Shown here: in pieces, positions 1-10,532 of the stretch
How the letters are laid out: every line of letters starts with the position of its first letter
How positions within the stretch are numbered: position 1 is the stretch's first letter
Origin: Myxococcota bacterium
Lineage (GTDB): Bacteria > Myxococcota_A > UBA9042 > PHBI01 > JAWLBL01
Direction of reading: 5' to 3'
Assembly: GCA_041687695.1 (NCBI GenBank)
Contig: JAWLBL010000017.1
Span: forward strand, 32,001 to 96,000
DNA: 64,000 nucleotides
Notes under the pieces: generated by a model
The model's input: only the letters and a program-made list of their open reading frames with translations
The model's database searches: none
What the model was told of the DNA's origin: nothing
Made by a program: the position numbers and the translations under genes

Positions 1-79
1 CATCGCGGTGGCGCCGGATCTCGGCGCCGTCATGGACGTCCTCGGGTCGCGCGTCGGCGCCCGAGCCTGAGCGCGCGCG

Positions 80-1342
80 TCAGCGTCTGAGCTGCTCGAC
101 CAGGGCCCAGGCCTGCTCGCGGGTCGTGACCCGGCCCTCGAGCTGCGCGTCCTCGAGCGCCGACAGGGCTTCGGCGAAGAAGGGGCCGGGCGCGAAGCCG
201 GCCTGCTTGAGGTCCTGGCCCCCTAGCAGGCGAGGCGGCGCCAGGGCCCGGCGGGACCACACGGCCAGGTCCCGCGCCGCGGCGCCGAGGCCGTGGCCGT
301 CCGACTGCCCGGCGCGCGCCACCAGGCGGGCGGCGGCCAGGGCGGTGGGCAGCTCGGGACGCCTCAGGAGGCGCTTGCGCCCCGGGACGCCGAGCGCCGC
401 GTAGCGGGCCAGCGCGTGCGCCATGTCCAGCGCGTGGGTGACGTGGCGCACGAGGGCGGTCGACCAGCGGAGCCGGCGTCCGAGCGCCTCGATCGACTCG
501 GGCCAGCCCTCCAGGTCGTACAGGACCGTCGTCCACGCCACCTGAGGCGAGAGCGGGCCGGCGCCATCGAAGCGGAGGGCGGCCCGCTCGGGGTCGGCGA
601 GCTCGCGGAGCACCCGCGGGAGCAGGGCCGAGCGCGTCAGCAGGCGGAGGCCTCGGGCTGCGCCGCCCTCGGTGAGGATGCGCTCGAGCTCGGCGTGGAT
701 GCGCTCGGGGCTGACCGCGCCGATCTCGGGCGCGTGGAGGAGCAGGGCGCGCCAGGTCTCGGGTTCGACCTGGAAGCCGAAGCGGGCCGCGAACCGGATG
801 GCGCGGATGAGGCGGAGGCGGTCCTCGGCGAAGCGGGCCTCGGGAGCGCCGATGGCGCGCACGACGCCGCGGCGCAGGTCATCGACGCCCTCGACGAAGT
901 CGGCGATGCGGTGGTCGACCGGGTCGTAGAGGAGGCCGTTGATGGTGAAGTCGCGGCGGAGCACGTCCTCGCGAGCGTCCGTCCAGGCGACGGCGTCGGG
1001 GCGCCGGCCGTCGGAGTAGCCGAGGTCCGCGCGGAAGGTGGCGATCTCGAACTCGAGGCGCCCGAGCAGGACGCGGACGACGCCGAACTGCACGCCGACG
1101 GGGATGGACCTTTCGAATAGGTCGATGATCCGCTGCGGGTCGGCGTCCGTGGTGACGTCGTAGTCCTTGGGGCGCAGGCCGAGCAGCTGGTCGCGGACGC
1201 AGCCGCCCGCCCAGTAGGCCTCGTGGCCGGCGGCGCGCAGGCGCTCGACGACGGCGACGGCCCCGGTGCGCAGGGGGTCGGCCCTCGGCACGGCAGCGTC
1301 GGCGCGGTCGGTGGCGTCGGAAACGGGAGGCTGGTAGGTCAC
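80..1342 (-). CDS. cca: Class II tRNA nucleotidyltransferase (CCA-adding enzyme family)
   Basis: Motifs GGCVRD, DYDV, RRDFTINGL, RFAEDRLRLIRAIRF, ERIHAEL; flexible loop (GYSDGRRPD) present; lacks the poly(A) polymerase G[RK]RF signature. Confidence 0.85.
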   Translation of the reverse strand: MTYQPPVSDATDRADAAVPRADPLRTGAVAVVERLRAAGHEAYWAGGCVRDQLLGLRPKDYDVTTDADPQRIIDLFERSIPVGVQFGVVRVLLGRLEFEIATFRADLGYSDGRRPDAVAWTDAREDVLRRDFTINGLLYDPVDHRIADFVEGVDDLRRGVVRAIGAPEARFAEDRLRLIRAIRFAARFGFQVEPETWRALLLHAPEIGAVSPERIHAELERILTEGGAARGLRLLTRSALLPRVLRELADPERAALRFDGAGPLSPQVAWTTVLYDLEGWPESIEALGRRLRWSTALVRHVTHALDMAHALARYAALGVPGRKRLLRRPELPTALAAARLVARAGQSDGHGLGAAARDLAVWSRRALAPPRLLGGQDLKQAGFAPGPFFAEALSALEDAQLEGRVTTREQAWALVEQLRR

Positions 1343-1467
1343 GGGCCCTCAGTACACGGTTTGGAGGGGCGCCGCCACGGCCCAGCACGTCGTCCATGGA
1401 AACGGCGTGGATCCATCGGGTCGGGTTTGTGTACAGTACGCGCCTTCGACGCCCTGAGGCGGAGCGA

Positions 1468-4400
1468 ATGATGAAGCATCCTACAGAGTTCCGGTCCCCC
1501 TGGTCGCCCCGCGCGCGGCTCCTGCTGACCCTCGCGGCGGCCCTGTCGCTCGGCCTTTCGGCCTGCGACGAGACGACGGTGGGTGCGCCCGACGTCGTGG
1601 ACACGGAGGACACCAAGGAGCCCGAGATCGGACCACTGCCGACGTTCGGGGTCCGGGTGACCGCGACGCCGCTCAGCGGGAACGCGCCGCTGGCGGTACA
1701 GCTGAGCGCCAGCGTCGTGGGCGACGAGGTCACGCTGGACGACCTCGAGCTGAAGTGGCAGGTGGGCGACACCGCGACCTACGACGGGCCCGAGGTCGAG
1801 CACACGTTCCCGCTCAAGGGCAACGCGACGGTCAAGCTCACCGGCACCTTCCGGACGAGCGACGGACGGGTGAAGACCGAGCAGGACGAGGTGCTGGTCC
1901 GCGTCGCGGGCTGCGCCGGGCTGCGCTTCACCCAGGTGTCGGTCGCCCAGCCGGTCGAGCTGGCGCCGGGCGACACGCTCACCCTGCAGCAGGGCAAGCT
2001 CATCAACGACGGCGACGTCATCGAGTCCCCCTTCGAGGTGCGCCTGGTCGCCTCGCTCGACGACAAGTACGACCCCGACACCGACCTCGTCATCAGCGCC
2101 TGGCAGGTGGACTCGATGGCCGCGGGCGTCTTCAGCGAGTCGTCGATCGATCTCGCCGGGCAGGGCTTCACGGTCCCCGACATCGAGGACGGCAGCTACG
2201 TCGTCTTCCTGGTCGCCGACGCCCTGAACACGGTCAACGAGTGCTCCGAGGACGACAACGTCGCGACGTCGACCAACGCCATCACCATCGACACCTCGGT
2301 GACCTACAAGGCCGACCTGCAGATCGTCGACGTGTCCTTCCCGGCCGGCCTGCAGCTCAAGCACGGCCAGATCTTCAACTACTCCTACCGGGTCAAGAAC
2401 GTCGGGCTCGGCGACGCGGGCAAGTTCTCGCTCGGCTTCTGGCTGTCCGAGGATCAGGTGCTCGACCCGGAGACCGACACCGTCATCCTGTCGCCGACCG
2501 ACAACGGGTCGTCGATGAAGGAGCTGAAGGCGGGCGGCTCGCAGAGCTTCTTCCGCTCGTGGAAGGTCCCCGAGGGGCTGCCCGACGGTGAGTACTACAT
2601 CATCGGCAAGGCCGACGTGGGTCAGACCGTGGTCGAGGACGACGAGGACAACAACGTCGGGATCTCGCCCGAGCCGCTGACCGTCAAGTTCGTCGAGGTG
2701 CAGTGCTTCGACCTGGCGCTCGACGAGATCGTCGTGTCGCCGCTCAGCTCGTACTGGAACGGGTCGGTTCAGCTGACCGCGAAGGTCACCAACGGCGGCA
2801 CGCAGCCGACGCCCGATGGGTGGCCGGCGCGCGCGTATCTGTCGAACCAGCCGTCGCTGAACCCGGCGAGCGCCACCGTCGTCGGCAACTGGTCGCTGCC
2901 GTCCATCCCGGCCGGGCAGACCGTCGTCATCGACCAGGTGGTCAAGATCCCCTCGGGCATCCCCGTGTCGCCCCACTGGGTCGGCCTGCAGCTCGACCCA
3001 GAGACCAAGCTGGCCGAGTGCAACGAGGGCAACAACGCCAAGGTGTTCGGCGAGTCGGTCAGCATCGCCTCCAAGGCGCAGGTCGACCTGGCCGTCAGCC
3101 AGATCCAGTTCCACCCGCAGGTGGCGGCGGCCGGCGAGAGCATCAAGGTCACCTACAACCTGAGCAACAACGGCTCGACGGCCGCGACCGCCTTCAAGCT
3201 GGGCGTCGTCTTCAGCCAGGACGCGACCATCAACGCGACCGACGCCAAGAACGGCAAGGACTACCTGGTCCACGACATCATCATCGGGACCGTGCCGGCC
3301 GGGGCGACGCTGCAGCGGGTCGAGGACGTGGTCGTGCCGCTGGCGCTGCCCAACACGCTGGACACCTTCTGGGTCGGCGTCGTCGCCGACCTGGACAACA
3401 ACCAGCCGTCGGACACCAACAAGAACAACAACGTGGCCGTGGCGACGCAGACCCTGACGGTGCAGGGCGCGATGGGCGGCTGCTTCGAGGACGACGTCGA
3501 GCCGAACAACACGGCCAGCGCGGCCCAGGTGCTCGAGCCTGGCCTGCACGAGGGCATGGGCAGCTGCGGCAACGACGACTGGTGGCGGGTGCAGGTCCCG
3601 GCGGGCCACAGCCTGGTGGTCGACATGGCCATCTCGCCCATCCTGAGCATCCAGCCGGTGCCGTCGGACATCGATCTGGTCCTGCTGGACGCCGCGCAGA
3701 AGGTGGTCAAGAGCTCGACCAACGCTGGCGACGCCGAGAGCGTCCATGTGTTCACGGTCCCCGAGGACGGCGAGTACTTCCTGCGTGTGCATGGCAAGAC
3801 CGCGGCGGTCCGCGCCCACTACGATCTGCACATCACCTTGATGCCGCCCGTCGAGGGCATCGACCTGCTGGTGGCCGACGTGGCCGCGCTGCCCGGCACC
3901 CTGTATCCGGGCGGCGTCATCAACGTGGCGTGGAGCGACGTCAACCTGGGTGACACCCCGGCGCCGCCTCACCTGGCGCGCATCTGGGCCTCCAAGGACA
4001 TCGCCATCGACGCGGGCGACACCGTCGTCGCCGAGGTCATGGTCGACGGCACCCCCGCCCTGACGACGCTGAAGAAGTCGGTCGACCTCAAGCTCCCCGA
4101 GGACATCGCCGGCGGCAACTGGTGGTTCATCGTCGAGACCGACGCGGACGACGACGTGGTCGAGGCGAGCGAGACCAACAACCGCAGCTTCTCCGACAAG
4201 GTCTTCCTCGACGCGGGTCTGACCTGCGCCGACGACGCGCTGGAGCCCAACGACACCAGCGGCCTCGCGAGCCTGCTCACCTTCAACGGCACCACGGCCA
4301 AGGCGAACGGGAGCGTCGTGTGCCCCAAGCTCGACGACTGGTACGCCTTCGACGTCGAGGCCGGTCAGGCGGTGACCGTGCAGGCGAGCTACACCTACGA

Positions 4401-5691
4401 CGCCACCAAGGGCTTGCTGGCGCTGGAGCTGTGGGACCCTTCCGAGACGGCCCTGCTGCTCAAGAACTCGAGCTCGGGCAACGCGCAGGTGACCTTGCCC
4501 TGGGTGTGGCGCTCGGGCCGCTACTACGTGCGGGTCGGCAACCAGGCGCAGAACGGCAAGCAGGGGCCGTACACCTACAACCTGACCGTGACGGCGACCA
4601 CGGCCGACCCCGGCCAGCAGTGCGACGCCGACCTCTTCGAGGACAACAACAGCTTCCAGACCGCCGAGGTCCTGGGCTGCGGCTACCAGACGGCGACCCT
4701 GTGCAAGGGGGACTACGACGTCTACCGGATGGAGGTCACGGGCGGCCAGCAGCTCGAGGTCACGCTCAATCAGGCCAAGAGCGAGCTCAGCATGGCGCTG
4801 TACGGCGACCCGCTCGCGCCGGCGCTCGCGAGCAAGGTGGGCAACGGCAAGCTGGTCTGGACAGCGCCTCAGGACCAGCTGGTGTACCTGCGCGTGTCGG
4901 CCAAGTCGGATCCCATGGCCGTGACCGACGTGAACTACAGCCTCCTCGTCGACGGCGTGCCCGGCGTGGACCTCAGCGCCACGGAGCCGTCGCTGTTCCT
5001 CACCGAGGTCTACCAGGGCGAGGACACGCTGGTGGACTTCTCGGTGGTCAACTCGTGCCAGGACCCCAGCACCGCCTTCATGACGACGCTCTGGCTGTCC
5101 AAGGACGAGCGCCTGGACGCGACCGACATCGACCTGTCGACGGTCGAGCTCCCCGGCGTCGGGGCCAAGGGCTCGCTCGCGCTCAGCCAGAAGCTCTCGG
5201 TGCCCTTCTCGACGACGCCGGGCAACTACCACGTCATCGTCGAGGTCGACTCGATGGCGGACGTCCACGAGAGCAACGAGGACAACAACACCCGCGGCGC
5301 GCCGCTCACGGTCGCCAAGCTCTGCCTGCCGGACGCGTACGAGCCCAACGATCTGCTGATGCCGGCGGCGCCCCACGCGCCCGTGGTCGAGCCCCCGGGC
5401 GCGACCGATCTGGCGCTGTGCCCGTTCGAGATCGACTGGTTCGCCATCGAGGTCGTCGAGCCCGGCTCCGTGCTGACGGTCGCGGCCCGCTTCAGCCATG
5501 CCGAGGGCGACCTGGATCTGCGCCTGTACGACCCGGTCAACTCGAAGACCATCCCGGTGGCGGTCGCGACGTCGAAGGACGACGACGAGGTCATCACCTG
5601 GGACGTCGCGGCGCCCGGGGTCTACCTGGTCCGCGTGCACGGCTTCGACGGCGCCAGCGCCGACTACGACCTCGAGGTCTTCATCGAATAG
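1468..5691 (+). CDS. Large surface lipoprotein with a PKD-like N-terminal domain, about 6 CARDB/Ig-like repeats and about 4 PPC-like domains
   Basis: Lipobox LSAC after a hydrophobic signal; repeated E-x-[NSD]-E-x-N-N (CARDB end) motifs and C-x2-D-x2-E-[PD]-N-[ND] motifs; strong GC3 codon bias; start placed at ATG 1468 behind GGAG. Confidence 0.75.
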   Translation: MMKHPTEFRSPWSPRARLLLTLAAALSLGLSACDETTVGAPDVVDTEDTKEPEIGPLPTFGVRVTATPLSGNAPLAVQLSASVVGDEVTLDDLELKWQVGDTATYDGPEVEHTFPLKGNATVKLTGTFRTSDGRVKTEQDEVLVRVAGCAGLRFTQVSVAQPVELAPGDTLTLQQGKLINDGDVIESPFEVRLVASLDDKYDPDTDLVISAWQVDSMAAGVFSESSIDLAGQGFTVPDIEDGSYVVFLVADALNTVNECSEDDNVATSTNAITIDTSVTYKADLQIVDVSFPAGLQLKHGQIFNYSYRVKNVGLGDAGKFSLGFWLSEDQVLDPETDTVILSPTDNGSSMKELKAGGSQSFFRSWKVPEGLPDGEYYIIGKADVGQTVVEDDEDNNVGISPEPLTVKFVEVQCFDLALDEIVVSPLSSYWNGSVQLTAKVTNGGTQPTPDGWPARAYLSNQPSLNPASATVVGNWSLPSIPAGQTVVIDQVVKIPSGIPVSPHWVGLQLDPETKLAECNEGNNAKVFGESVSIASKAQVDLAVSQIQFHPQVAAAGESIKVTYNLSNNGSTAATAFKLGVVFSQDATINATDAKNGKDYLVHDIIIGTVPAGATLQRVEDVVVPLALPNTLDTFWVGVVADLDNNQPSDTNKNNNVAVATQTLTVQGAMGGCFEDDVEPNNTASAAQVLEPGLHEGMGSCGNDDWWRVQVPAGHSLVVDMAISPILSIQPVPSDIDLVLLDAAQKVVKSSTNAGDAESVHVFTVPEDGEYFLRVHGKTAAVRAHYDLHITLMPPVEGIDLLVADVAALPGTLYPGGVINVAWSDVNLGDTPAPPHLARIWASKDIAIDAGDTVVAEVMVDGTPALTTLKKSVDLKLPEDIAGGNWWFIVETDADDDVVEASETNNRSFSDKVFLDAGLTCADDALEPNDTSGLASLLTFNGTTAKANGSVVCPKLDDWYAFDVEAGQAVTVQASYTYDATKGLLALELWDPSETALLLKNSSSGNAQVTLPWVWRSGRYYVRVGNQAQNGKQGPYTYNLTVTATTADPGQQCDADLFEDNNSFQTAEVLGCGYQTATLCKGDYDVYRMEVTGGQQLEVTLNQAKSELSMALYGDPLAPALASKVGNGKLVWTAPQDQLVYLRVSAKSDPMAVTDVNYSLLVDGVPGVDLSATEPSLFLTEVYQGEDTLVDFSVVNSCQDPSTAFMTTLWLSKDERLDATDIDLSTVELPGVGAKGSLALSQKLSVPFSTTPGNYHVIVEVDSMADVHESNEDNNTRGAPLTVAKLCLPDAYEPNDLLMPAAPHAPVVEPPGATDLALCPFEIDWFAIEVVEPGSVLTVAARFSHAEGDLDLRLYDPVNSKTIPVAVATSKDDDEVITWDVAAPGVYLVRVHGFDGASADYDLEVFIE

Positions 5692-5782
5692 GCGAACGTC
5701 GGACGGCGTGGCGGGGTAGACCCGTCGCGCCGGTCCGACGCGTGAACCGCGGGACCGCGGACGACGGTCGCCCGCGCGGGCT

Positions 5783-6400
5783 TCAGGGTCGCCGCAGCAG
5801 GTCCAGGAAGTTGGTCAGGATGGCGGCGGTGACGCCCCAGACGACCTCTTCCCCGGTGTCGTAGAAGTACAGGCGCTCCTCGAACGCGCCGCGCGTCATG
5901 CGGGCGGTGCGGACGCGCTCGGGGCGCAGCACGTGCGCGAGCGGCACGGTGAAGACGCGCTCGACCTCGCCGGGGTCGGGCACCAGCTCGAGATCCCGTG
6001 GCAGGAGGCCGACGCACGGCGTCACGTGGAACTGCGTGATGGTCGGGTAGTCGTCGAGCTGACCCAGCGGGCGGACGACCTCGGGCGGGATGCTCAGCTC
6101 TTCGTGCGCCTCGCGCAGGGCCGTGTGCCAGCGGTCGCGATCGCCCGTGGCGACGCCGCCGCCCGGGAACGAGACCTGGCCCGCGTGGTGGGGCAGGTGG
6201 CGCGGGCGCAGCGTCAGGACCAGGTGCAGGCCCTCGGGGCGCTCGATGAGTGGCACCAAGACCGAGGCTGGCCGCAGGGGGCCCACGGGCACCAGGCGGC
6301 GCTCGTAGGCAGCCAGGGCGTCGGCGATGCGTTCGGGGTCGGGCGGCGAGGGGGCGTCACCCGCCTCGTCGCGCTCGGGGTTATCGTCCGCTGTGTCCAC
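5783..6400 (-). CDS. Nudix hydrolase, CoA pyrophosphatase (NudL/PCD1) family
   Basis: [20 protein letters not shown] plus Nudix box [10 protein letters not shown] and VWGVTA; GTG start at 6400 inferred. Confidence 0.85.
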   Translation of the reverse strand: MDTADDNPERDEAGDAPSPPDPERIADALAAYERRLVPVGPLRPASVLVPLIERPEGLHLVLTLRPRHLPHHAGQVSFPGGGVATGDRDRWHTALREAHEELSIPPEVVRPLGQLDDYPTITQFHVTPCVGLLPRDLELVPDPGEVERVFTVPLAHVLRPERVRTARMTRGAFEERLYFYDTGEEVVWGVTAAILTNFLDLLRRP

Positions 6401-6941
6401 GCGTGCCGACGATACTGAAGAACTCGGCGCGCGTCGCGGGGTTGTCCTTGAACTCGCCGAGCATGGACGACGTGACGGTGATGGCGTTGGCCTTCTCGAC
6501 GCCGCGCATGACCATGCACAGGTGCGTCGCCTCGAGCACGACCGCCACGCCATGGGGGTTGAGGTGCTCCATCAGGGTCTGCGCGATCTGCCGGGTCATG
6601 CGCTCCTGCACCTGCAGGCGCCGCGCGTAGATCTCGGTGATGCGCGCCAGCTTGGACAGGCCGACGACCCGCTTTCGGGGGATGTAGGCGATGTGCGCCC
6701 ACCCGAAGAACGGGATCATGTGGTGCTCGCAGACGCTGAAGAAGTCGATGTCCTTGCACAGGACCATCTCGTCGTGATCTTCCTCGAAGATCGCGCCGTT
6801 GATGACCTCGTTGGGGTCCTCCTGGTAGCCCTTGGTCAGGAACTTCCAGGCCTCGGCCACGCGGTGGGGCGTTCGGCGGAGGCCGTCTCGCTCGGGATCC
6901 TCGCCGAGCTGCACCAGCATCTGGCGGATGAGGTCGTCCAT
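6381..6941 (-). CDS. folE: GTP cyclohydrolase I
   Basis: [35 protein letters not shown] motifs. Confidence 0.95.
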   Translation of the reverse strand: MDDLIRQMLVQLGEDPERDGLRRTPHRVAEAWKFLTKGYQEDPNEVINGAIFEEDHDEMVLCKDIDFFSVCEHHMIPFFGWAHIAYIPRKRVVGLSKLARITEIYARRLQVQERMTRQIAQTLMEHLNPHGVAVVLEATHLCMVMRGVEKANAITVTSSMLGEFKDNPATRAEFFSIVGTRGHSGR

Positions 6942-6944
6942 CGG

Positions 6945-7439
6945 TCAGTCGAGCGTGACGTCGATGCGCGGGTCGTAGCCCTCGGGCTTGACGCTGATGA
7001 CGTCGCAGGGCGCGCGACGGACGACCTTCTCGGCCTGGCTGCCCATGAAGATGTGCTTGAAGCCGGTGTGGCCGTGGGTGCCCATCACGATGAGGTCGAC
7101 ATCGTTCTTGCTGGCGAAGCGAAGGATCTCGAGATAGGGCCGGCCGCCGCGGATCTCGAGGCTCATCCGGTCGCGCTCCTCGCGGGTGACCTTGCCGTCA
7201 CGCTCGAGCTCGTCCAGGCGGCGGACGAGGCCCTTCTCGAGGCGGGTCAGCTCCTCGTCCTCGGCCTCGATGTCGTCGAAGGAGCTTTGCGCCATGCGGT
7301 CCTCGCGGACGTGCAGGACGACGAGCTCGGAGCCGAAGAGCTTGCAGTAGCCCACGGCCTTGTAGAAGGCGCGGCGGCTGCAGTCGGAGAAGTCGACGGG
7401 GCAGAGGATCTTCTTGTAGTGGATCTGGATGTCGTTCAC
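6945..7439 (-). CDS. Universal stress protein (UspA family)
   Basis: ILCPVDFS ... DLIVMGTHG ... GSQAEKVVRRAPCDV. Confidence 0.9.
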   Translation of the reverse strand: MNDIQIHYKKILCPVDFSDCSRRAFYKAVGYCKLFGSELVVLHVREDRMAQSSFDDIEAEDEELTRLEKGLVRRLDELERDGKVTREERDRMSLEIRGGRPYLEILRFASKNDVDLIVMGTHGHTGFKHIFMGSQAEKVVRRAPCDVISVKPEGYDPRIDVTLD

Positions 7440-7474
7440 GGGGTCCTCGGACGGATGGACGGGGCGCGCGCGGG

Positions 7475-9016
<1,542 letters not shown>

Positions 9017-9525
9017 CTCTCCTCCGTGGGGCTGTGGACCCGCGCTGACTACCACAGAAGTGTGTGGGATCAGTAGAGGAAAGCGGGCCGCCGTCCACGC
9101 CGGCGGCGGCGGGCGGCGAAGGCGCGAGGAGGAGACGATGCCCGGCCCGGGACGTCGTGTGCGCGCTGTCCGACAGGTGTTCTGTGACGCCGCCCCCAAC
9201 GGGGTCGACATCGTCCTGCGCTCGGGCCGGGCAACCGGAGCAGGCCTATGCATCCCTCGTGCCATGTGCCCACAGGCGCTCGGACGCGGGCGTGATCAGA
9301 GCCTGGCGCGGGCCTCCCGGGAGCAGCTCGGGCGGTCGGCGCGGCCGCGCGCGGGGACACTCGGGACGGGCAGGGCTGCGCGGCGGGAGGGGTCGTCCGG
9401 CCCCGGTGGGGTGCGTTGACCCCGGTTCGCCGTCGGCGCCGGCGCAGCGGCTGGCTCCGGGCTCGACACGGCGCGCGAGGGGCGGTAGGACTCCCCGGCG
9501 ACGCTCGCCGATGAGGATGTCCGAC

Positions 9526-10485
9526 ATGCGCAAGCTCCTGGTCACCATCTGCTCCCTGCCCCTGCTCGCCGCCGCCTGCGCCGAGCCGCCGCCCGACACC
9601 CGGGTCGCCGCCCAGCCCTCGGCCACGCCGCCGCCGGCCGAGTCACCCACCCCCTCGCCCCCGCCTGAACCGGCCAAGGCCGAGGCGCCCGCACCGACCC
9701 CGCCGTCCGCGGCGCCGACCCCGCCGCCCGCCGAGCCCCCGTCGGCCGTGCTGCCCGGCGCCGGCGCGACCGAGGCGGAGGTGCGGGATCTCGAGGGTCA
9801 GGCCGGCAAGACGCCCGCGCCACCGGCCGTGCTGACGCCGGTCGGACACAAGGCGCCCGGGCTCGACGGCGCCCCCGGGCAGTCCCCGGCGATGGGCCCG
9901 AACGACGCCAAGGTGAAGGTCTACGTCTTCAGCGACTTCCAGTGCCCGGTCTGCCGGCGCGTCGTCGAGCCGATGAAGGTGCTCGCGCGGACCTACCCGA
10001 AGGACGTGCAGATCATCTTCAAGCACAACGCGCTCGAGATGCATCGGCAGGCCGACATCGCCGCGCGCGCCGCCATCGCGGCCCAGCGCCAGGGCAAGTT
10101 CTGGGAGTACCACGACAAGCTCTTCCAGAATCAGCAGAACCTGCACGAGCAGGACCTGCTCTCGTACGCCGAGGAGCTGAAGCTCGACGTCGCGAAGTTC
10201 CAGGCCGACATGAACGACGAGGCGGTCAAGGCGCAGGTGCTCTACGAGCGCAAGCTCGCCGAGGCGCTCGAGGCGCGCGGGACGCCGGGCTTCTTCATCA
10301 ACGGCCAGAAGATCGTCGGCTGGGGCAGCTACGGGGGCGTCAAGTCGATGGTCGAGCGCGCGCTGCGCGAGGTCGACGTGCAGGTGGGCAAGGGGCTGCC
10401 CGTCGACGAGGCGCTCGTCGAGGCGACCAAGGCGGCCGGCGAGGACGGCAAGCGCTTCGCCAAGCTGGTCTTCGGGGCCGAGTAG
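9526..10485 (+). CDS. DsbA-family thioredoxin-fold lipoprotein with Pro-rich linker
   Basis: Lipobox-like LAAAC; FSDFQCPVC active site; GTPGFFING cis-Pro loop. Confidence 0.85.
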   Translation: MRKLLVTICSLPLLAAACAEPPPDTRVAAQPSATPPPAESPTPSPPPEPAKAEAPAPTPPSAAPTPPPAEPPSAVLPGAGATEAEVRDLEGQAGKTPAPPAVLTPVGHKAPGLDGAPGQSPAMGPNDAKVKVYVFSDFQCPVCRRVVEPMKVLARTYPKDVQIIFKHNALEMHRQADIAARAAIAAQRQGKFWEYHDKLFQNQQNLHEQDLLSYAEELKLDVAKFQADMNDEAVKAQVLYERKLAEALEARGTPGFFINGQKIVGWGSYGGVKSMVERALREVDVQVGKGLPVDEALVEATKAAGEDGKRFAKLVFGAE

Positions 10486-10532
10486 CCGGGCGAAGGACGA
10501 GGCCTGGGCACGGGCACGCCGAGGTCGCGTGC

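Noticed and set aside
80..1342. Poly(A) polymerase (pcnB)
   Set aside because: Lacks the PAP-specific G[RK]RF signature and has the CCA-type loop; CCA- versus A-adding specificity cannot be settled by eye
1339..5640. 1433-aa minus-strand ORF and similar long antisense ORFs (e.g. 40974-45134, 26311-28482, 31915-33942)
   Set aside because: Antisense shadows of real high-GC genes; no recognisable motifs
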